A stretch of 32,000 nucleotides of DNA. It comes from Alistipes megaguti. Its GTDB lineage: Bacteria; Bacteroidota; Bacteroidia; Bacteroidales; Rikenellaceae. A program made the translations under genes and the position numbers. Of this stretch, positions 26,157 through 32,000 are shown piece by piece. The notes under the pieces are model-generated. The model was given only the letters and a program-made list of their open reading frames with translations, did not search any database and had not been told where the DNA came from. Position 1 is the first letter of the stretch. Each line of letters opens with the position of its first letter. The stretch covers positions 1,708,218 to 1,740,217 of the forward strand of contig NZ_LR027382.1 in NCBI RefSeq assembly GCF_900604385.1, read 5' to 3'.

Positions 26157-29100
26157 ATGCCAAATATCAAAGACAATAAACCGAATAATGGTTACAGCCG
26201 CATCTCGATCGGCCTGGCCTCCCCGGAGGAGATCCTGGCCCAGTCGAGCGGCGAGGTGCTGAAGCCCGAAACCATTAACTACCGGACCTACAAGCCCGAG
26301 CGCGACGGTCTGTTCTGCGAACGGATCTTCGGCCCGGTGAAGGATTACGAGTGCCACTGCGGTAAGTACAAGCGCATCCGTTACAAGGGTATCGTCTGCG
26401 ACCGCTGCGGCGTCGAGGTCACCGAGAAGAAGGTACGTCGCGAGCGCATGGGTCACATCTCGCTCGTGGTGCCGGTGGTTCACATCTGGTATTTCCGCTC
26501 GCTGCCGTCGAAGATCGGTTATCTGCTGGGCATCCCGTCGAAGAAGCTCGAGGCGATCATCTACTACGAGCGTTACGTGGTGATCAACCCGGGAGCCGCT
26601 TCGGAGCAGGGCATCGAGCGTCTGGCCACCCTTTCGGAGAAGGAGTATCTCGACGTGCTGGCCGCCCTGCCGAAGGGCAACCAGTCGCTGGACGATTCGG
26701 ACCCCAACAAGTTCGTCGCCCAGATGGGTGCCGAGGCCATCTATACGCTTCTGAAGCAGGTCGACCTCGACTCGATGTCGTACGCCCTGCGTCACAAGGC
26801 CTCGACCGAGACCTCGCAGCAGCGTAAGTCCGAGGCGCTGAAGTGTCTGAACGTCATCGAGTCGTTCCGCGCCTCGAAGGGCAAGAACAAGCCCGAATGG
26901 ATGGTGTTGAGCGTCATTCCGGTGATTCCGCCCGAGCTGCGCCCGCTGGTGCCGCTGGATGGCGGACGTTTCGCCACGTCGGATTTGAACGACCTCTACC
27001 GTCGTGTCATCATCCGCAACAACCGTCTGAAGCGTCTGATCGAGATCAAGGCCCCGGAGGTGATTCTGCGCAACGAGAAGCGCATGCTGCAGGAGGCCGT
27101 CGACTCGCTGTTCGACAACTCGCGCAAGTCCAACGCCGTGAAGAACGAGTCGAACCGTCCGCTCAAGTCGCTTTCGGACTCGCTCAAGGGCAAGCAGGGC
27201 CGCTTCCGTCAGAACCTGCTCGGTAAGCGTGTCGACTATTCGGCCCGTTCGGTGATCGTCGTCGGCCCCGAGCTGAAGATGCACGAGATGGGTATTCCGA
27301 AGGATATGGCCGCCGAGCTCTACAAGCCGTTCGTGATCCGCAAGCTGATCGAGCGCGGAATCGTCAAGACGGTGAAGTCGGCCAAGAAGATCATCGACCG
27401 CAAGGATCCGGTGATCTGGGGCATTCTGGAGAATGTCATCAAGGGCCACCCGGTGCTGATGAACCGTGCCCCGACGCTGCACCGTCTGGGTATCCAGGCC
27501 TTCCAGCCCAAACTGATCGAGGGCAAGGCCATGCAGCTGCACCCGCTGGCATGTACGGCCTTCAACGCCGACTTCGACGGTGACCAGATGGCCGTCCACC
27601 TGCCGCTGGGCAACGCCGCCATCCTGGAGGCCCAGCTGCTGATGCTCGGTTCGCATAACGTCCTGAACCCCGCCAACGGTGCTCCTATTACGGTGCCGTC
27701 GCAGGATATGGTCCTCGGTCTGTACTACATCACCAAGCCCCGCAAGGGTGTCAAGGGTGAGGGCCAGGTCTTCTACGGCCCCGAGGAGGCGATCATCGCC
27801 TACAACGAGAAGCGCGCCGATCTGCACGCCATCGTGAAGTGTCTGGTCGACGATCTGGACGAGCAGGGCAATCCGGTCCGCGTACTGAAGGAGACCACCA
27901 TCGGCCGCATCCTCTTCAACCAGGTCGTGCCGAAGGAGGTAGGATATATCAACGAAGTGCTCACGAAGCGTTCGCTGCGTGACATCATCGCCGTGGTGAT
28001 GAAGAAGGCCGGTGCCGACAAGGTGGCCAACTTCCTCGACGACATCAAGAACATGGGTTACAAGATGGCCTTCCAGGGTGGTCTGTCGTTCAACCTCGAT
28101 GCCGTGATCATCCCCGAGGAGAAGGAGAAGCTCGTCCAGGAGGGTTACGAGCGCGCCGACGCCATCATGGAGGACTACAACATGGGTCTGATCACCAACA
28201 ACGAGCGTTACAACCAGATCATCGACGTCTGGACGAACATCAACACCAAGCTGACGAAGGCGGTGATCGATACGCTGATCAAGGATGACGACGGTTTCAA
28301 CCCGGTCTACATGATGCTCGACTCGGGAGCCCGTGGTTCGAAGGAGCAGATCCGTCAGCTGAGCGGTATGCGAGGCCTGATGGCCAAGCCGCAGAAGTCG
28401 GGTGTCGAGGGTGGTCAGCAGGTCATCGAGAACCCGATTCTCTCGAACTTCAAGGAGGGTCTTTCGGTGCTGGAGTACTTCATCTCGACGCATGGTGCCC
28501 GTAAGGGTCTGGCCGATACGGCCCTGAAGACGGCCGACGCCGGTTATCTGACGCGTCGTCTGGTCGATGTGGCCCAGGACGTGATCATCAACGAGGAGGA
28601 TTGCGGCACGCTGCGCGGTCTGACGGCTACGGCCATCAAGCGCAACGACGACGTCGTGCAGACGCTCTACGACCGCATTCTGGGACGTGTGGCTCTGAAC
28701 GACGTGATCCACCCGCTGACGGGCGAGGTGCTGTGCAAGGCCGGTGAGGAGATCACCGAACCGATTGCCGAAGCCATCGAGAAGTCGCCGCTGGAGTCGG
28801 TGGAGATCCGTTCGGTGCTGACCTGCGAGTCGCGCCACGGCGTCTGCGCCAAGTGCTACGGCCGCAATCTGGCTACGGCCCGCATGGTCCAGAAGGGCGA
28901 GGTGGTCGGCGTGATTGCCGCCCAGTCGATCGGCGAGCCGGGTACCCAGCTGACGCTGCGTACGTTCCACGTCGGTGGTGTGGCCGGCGGTACGGCCGTC
29001 GAGACCAACGTCATCTCGAAATACGAGGGTCGTCTGGAGATCGACGAGCTGCGTACGGTTAAGGGCAAGAACGCCGCCGGAGAGACGATCAACATCGTCA

Positions 29101-30425
29101 TCTCGCGTCAGTCGGAGTTCCGCATCGTCGACCCGAAGACCGAAATCGTCCTCTATACGCACAACCTGCCCTACGGTGCCACGCTCTACATGGAGGATGG
29201 TGCCGCGGTCAAGAAGGGCGATCTGATCTGCGAGTGGGATCCCTACAACGCCGTGATCATCTCGGAATACGAGGGGCGCGCCGTCTACGAGAACATCATC
29301 GAGGGTGTCACCTACCGCGACGAGCGTGACGAGCAGACGGGCCTTTCGGAGAAGGTGGTCATCGAGTCCAAGGACAAGACCAAGAACCCGGTTATCAAGA
29401 TCCAGAACAAGGAGGGCGAGGAGGTCAAGCAGTACAACCTGCCCGTATCGGCCCACATCGTCATCAAGGACAACGCCAAGATCAAGGCGGGCGATATTCT
29501 GATCAAGATCCCGCGTGCCGTGGGCAAGTCGGGAGGCGATATCACCGGAGGTCTGCCGCGTGTTACGGAGCTCTTCGAGGCCCGCAACCCGTCGAATCCG
29601 GCCATCGTTTCGGAGATCGACGGTGAGGTTACGTTCGGCAAGATCAAGCGCGGTAACCGTGAGATCATCATCACCTCGAAACAGGGTGATGTGAAACGTT
29701 ATCTGGTACCGCTGTCGCGTCAGATCATCGTTCAGGAGAACGACTACGTCAAGGCGGGCAGCCCGCTGTCGGACGGCGCCATCACGCCGAGCGACATCCT
29801 CAACATCCTCGGCCCGACGAAGGTACAGGAGTACATCGTCAACGAGGTGCAGGAGGTCTACCGCATGCAGGGTGTGAAGATCAATGACAAGCACTTCGAG
29901 GTGATCGTCCGCCAGATGATGTCGAAGGTCAAGATCGAGGATCCGGGCGATACGCGCTTCTTCGAGGACCAGGTGGTCGACAAGTGGGAGTTCATGGACG
30001 TGAACGACGAGCTCTACGACAAGGTGGTTGTGACGGATGCCGGCGACTCCACGACGCTGCAGCCGGGTCAGATCGTCTCGCTGCGCAAGCTGCGTGACGA
30101 GAACTCGAGCCTCAAGCGCCGCGATCTGCGTCCGGTTCAGGTGCGCGACATCGTACCGGCCACGTCGACTCAGGTGCTGCAGGGTATCACCCGCGCGGCC
30201 CTGCAGACCTCGAGCTTCATCTCCGCGGCATCGTTCCAGGAGACCACGAAGGTCCTCAACGAGGCTGCCATCCAGGCCAAGGTCGATCCGCTGGAGAATC
30301 TGAAGGAGAACGTCATCTGCGGTCACCTGATCCCCGGCGGTACGGGTCTCCGCGAGTACGACGACCTGGTTGTCGGCGCCAAGGCCGACCTGGAGACGCT
30401 CAAGCAGCAGTCGCAGGCTCAGTAG
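26157..30425 (+). CDS. rpoC: DNA-directed RNA polymerase subunit beta'
   Basis: Zn-finger CHCGKYK...CDRCGVEV, the catalytic [12 protein letters not shown] motif, and the trigger-loop/bridge regions. 1422 aa. Confidence 0.98.
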   Translation: MPNIKDNKPNNGYSRISIGLASPEEILAQSSGEVLKPETINYRTYKPERDGLFCERIFGPVKDYECHCGKYKRIRYKGIVCDRCGVEVTEKKVRRERMGHISLVVPVVHIWYFRSLPSKIGYLLGIPSKKLEAIIYYERYVVINPGAASEQGIERLATLSEKEYLDVLAALPKGNQSLDDSDPNKFVAQMGAEAIYTLLKQVDLDSMSYALRHKASTETSQQRKSEALKCLNVIESFRASKGKNKPEWMVLSVIPVIPPELRPLVPLDGGRFATSDLNDLYRRVIIRNNRLKRLIEIKAPEVILRNEKRMLQEAVDSLFDNSRKSNAVKNESNRPLKSLSDSLKGKQGRFRQNLLGKRVDYSARSVIVVGPELKMHEMGIPKDMAAELYKPFVIRKLIERGIVKTVKSAKKIIDRKDPVIWGILENVIKGHPVLMNRAPTLHRLGIQAFQPKLIEGKAMQLHPLACTAFNADFDGDQMAVHLPLGNAAILEAQLLMLGSHNVLNPANGAPITVPSQDMVLGLYYITKPRKGVKGEGQVFYGPEEAIIAYNEKRADLHAIVKCLVDDLDEQGNPVRVLKETTIGRILFNQVVPKEVGYINEVLTKRSLRDIIAVVMKKAGADKVANFLDDIKNMGYKMAFQGGLSFNLDAVIIPEEKEKLVQEGYERADAIMEDYNMGLITNNERYNQIIDVWTNINTKLTKAVIDTLIKDDDGFNPVYMMLDSGARGSKEQIRQLSGMRGLMAKPQKSGVEGGQQVIENPILSNFKEGLSVLEYFISTHGARKGLADTALKTADAGYLTRRLVDVAQDVIINEEDCGTLRGLTATAIKRNDDVVQTLYDRILGRVALNDVIHPLTGEVLCKAGEEITEPIAEAIEKSPLESVEIRSVLTCESRHGVCAKCYGRNLATARMVQKGEVVGVIAAQSIGEPGTQLTLRTFHVGGVAGGTAVETNVISKYEGRLEIDELRTVKGKNAAGETINIVISRQSEFRIVDPKTEIVLYTHNLPYGATLYMEDGAAVKKGDLICEWDPYNAVIISEYEGRAVYENIIEGVTYRDERDEQTGLSEKVVIESKDKTKNPVIKIQNKEGEEVKQYNLPVSAHIVIKDNAKIKAGDILIKIPRAVGKSGGDITGGLPRVTELFEARNPSNPAIVSEIDGEVTFGKIKRGNREIIITSKQGDVKRYLVPLSRQIIVQENDYVKAGSPLSDGAITPSDILNILGPTKVQEYIVNEVQEVYRMQGVKINDKHFEVIVRQMMSKVKIEDPGDTRFFEDQVVDKWEFMDVNDELYDKVVVTDAGDSTTLQPGQIVSLRKLRDENSSLKRRDLRPVQVRDIVPATSTQVLQGITRAALQTSSFISAASFQETTKVLNEAAIQAKVDPLENLKENVICGHLIPGGTGLREYDDLVVGAKADLETLKQQSQAQ

Positions 30426-30512
30426 CAAACCGGTTCCGAGCCGGGATCTCTCGGGCGGGAGGGGGAAAAAAAAGAACCTGCCGCTTGGGGAGTTCGGTTC
30501 GGACGAATCGAG

Positions 30513-30550
30513 AAAAAAGCCTCTTCCCGATATCGGGAGGAGGCTTTTTT
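30513..30550. terminator. Strong bidirectional intrinsic terminator after rpoC
   Basis: GCCTCTTCCCG (30519-30529), loop ATAT, CGGGAGGAGGC (30534-30544): an 11-bp stem flanked by A6 (30513-30518) and T6 (30545-30550). Confidence 0.8.
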
Positions 30551-30871
30551 ATGTGGTGTTGTGTGGAAGACGGGTGGAGTGGGAGGACGTTGAACGGAGG
30601 ATGGATGTGCGGATGGGTGGAGATGCGGTCTGCCGGGTGAGGCATTGATATCGGAGCCGCTGGAGGTTACCGCGTGTCGGAAGGCTGTCGCGGATCCGCC
30701 GCGGGCTGTTGGTGCTGCGGGACGATCCGGCGGCCCAATTGGAGTTCCGCCGGGTAAAAGCGGTTGCCGCACGGCAGGTTTTGCCGGGGCAGGGAGTGAC
30801 TCATGCGGGCGGCGGGGCTGTCGGTGGAGGGCAGTGGCGGGTCGGGTCCGGAGGGCAGGGTCGGCAGACGG

Positions 30872-32000
30872 CTATTTCCGGTCGTAGTTGCGGGCCAGAC
30901 CGCCCTCGGAGGTCTCGCGGTAGAGGCTTGGCAGGTCGTGGCCCGTTTCGGCCATCACCTTCACGACCTTGTCGTAGGAGACCAGATGGGCCCCGTCCGA
31001 GAGTGTGGCGTAGATATTGGCATCCAATGCCCGGGCTGCGGCGATGGCGTTGCGCTCGATACAGGGGACCTGCACCAGCCCGCAGACCGGATCGCACGTC
31101 AGTCCCAGATGGTGTTCGAGTCCCATCTCGGCGGCATACTCGATCTGCGAGGGGGTTCCGCCGAAGAGCTGGCAGGCCGCGGCGGCAGCCATGGCGCAGG
31201 CCACACCGACTTCACCCTGACAACCGACCTCGGCCCCGGAGATCGACGAATTGGTCTTGGCGACGTTGCCGAACAGACCGGCGGTGGCCAGGGCCCGCAG
31301 GATGCGGATGCGCAGGAAGTCGCGCGAAGTGGCCAGGTGGTAGAGTACGGCCGGCACCACGCCGCTCGAACCGCACGTCGGAGCCGTCACCACCACACCG
31401 CCCGAGGCGTTCTCCTCGGAGGTGGCCAGTGCATAGGCGTAGATCTTGGCCCGCGAGGAGAGTGAATCGGCATAGCTCTTCGACTTGACGAAGTAGGTGG
31501 CGGCCTTGCGGGCCACCTTCAGTCCGCCGGGCAGCACGCCGTCGTTGTTCAGACCGCGGCGGATCGTTTCGCACATCGAGGTCCAGATCGTGTCGAGGTA
31601 GTCCCAGATTTCGGGGCCCTCGCAGTCGTCGACATACTCCCAGTAGGTTTTTCCCTCGCGGTAGCACCACTCCTTGATCTCCGAGATGGTGGTCAGCGGG
31701 TAGACGCTCTTCGGGACCTCGAGCCGGGAGGTTTCGTTGGCCAGCGCTCCGCCGCCGATGCTGTAGATGGTCCACGAATCGACGACCTTCCCCTGACGGA
31801 GCCCTTCGAAGAGCATTCCGTTGGGGTGGAACGGCAGGACGATGTCGGGCCGCCAGACGATTTCGGTCGGGGCCACGGGATTCAGCACCGAGCAGATGGC
31901 GACATCCGTAAGGTGGCCCTTGCCCGTGGCGGCCAGCGATCCGTAGAGGGTGACACGATAGGCGTCGACCTCGCGGCAGCGGTCCACGAAACGTTCGGCA
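30872..32000 (-). CDS. sdaA: L-serine dehydratase (iron-sulfur dependent, single-chain), N-terminus outside window
   Basis: ...LYGSLAATGKGHLTD...APTCGSSGVVPAVL...GAEVGCQGEVGVACAMAAA...PCIERNA... are characteristic L-serine ammonia-lyase motifs. The frame stays open to the window edge, and the track start is only an internal GTG. Confidence 0.85.
   Translation of the reverse strand, partial: AERFVDRCREVDAYRVTLYGSLAATGKGHLTDVAICSVLNPVAPTEIVWRPDIVLPFHPNGMLFEGLRQGKVVDSWTIYSIGGGALANETSRLEVPKSVYPLTTISEIKEWCYREGKTYWEYVDDCEGPEIWDYLDTIWTSMCETIRRGLNNDGVLPGGLKVARKAATYFVKSKSYADSLSSRAKIYAYALATSEENASGGVVVTAPTCGSSGVVPAVLYHLATSRDFLRIRILRALATAGLFGNVAKTNSSISGAEVGCQGEVGVACAMAAAAACQLFGGTPSQIEYAAEMGLEHHLGLTCDPVCGLVQVPCIERNAIAAARALDANIYATLSDGAHLVSYDKVVKVMAETGHDLPSLYRETSEGGLARNYDRK

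Noticed and set aside
22350-30428. 2692-aa ORF antisense to rpoB and rpoC, the longest ORF in the window
   Set aside because: It is in exact codon-complement register with two unmistakable, highly conserved sense genes. Its openness is fully explained by the absence of sense TTA/CTA/TCA codons. The translation is low-complexity (L/V/D/R/G-rich) with no recognisable domains, promoter or start context.
30370-31488. ORFs 30370-30648(+), 30419-30772(-), 30645-30887(+), 30709-31488(+) and 30803-31465(+) downstream of rpoC
   Set aside because: They cross the strong terminator at 30513-30550 or lie antisense to the L-serine dehydratase gene. The translations are Arg/Gly/Pro-rich low-complexity sequence.

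Overview
High-GC (about 60%) Bacteroidota-type chromosome segment, possibly Rikenellaceae/Alistipes-like; that placement is inferred from gene order, GC content and TAnnTTTG -7 promoter boxes. It consists almost entirely of core housekeeping genes. Left to right: two FKBP-type PPIases, a DUF3127 OB-fold protein, tatA/tatC, and a complete minus-strand histidine operon (hisG-D-C-B-H-A-F-IE, 3796-11203). Then come a divergent XRE/cupin regulator with an acyl-CoA synthetase, a lone tRNA(CAU), rpmE2, a coiled-coil lipoprotein and an AraC regulator. The window ends with the conserved tRNA(Thr-Tyr-Gly)-tuf-tRNA(Trp)-secE-nusG-rplKAJL-rpoBC cluster and a partial convergent L-serine dehydratase. I see no mobile element, CRISPR array, defence island or other accessory multi-gene system, so I do not claim one. 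The most interesting unannotated signal is a 31-codon His-rich leader ORF (MLQFIHIHHHHRHE...), too short for the ORF track. It lies between a good Bacteroidetes-type promoter and an intrinsic terminator directly upstream of hisG, which makes it a candidate leader-peptide attenuator. Secondary oddities are a roughly 45-aa low-complexity insertion in HisH carrying a 16-bp tandem repeat, and two tRNAs with compensated non-canonical tertiary-pair positions. Others are an SSB-like DDLPF tail on the DUF3127 protein, a CX3CX2C motif in the AraC regulator, and several short tandem repeats and homopolymers in intergenic spacers. The many long overlapping ORFs in the track, including an 8-kb ORF antisense to rpoBC, are GC and codon-bias artefacts.
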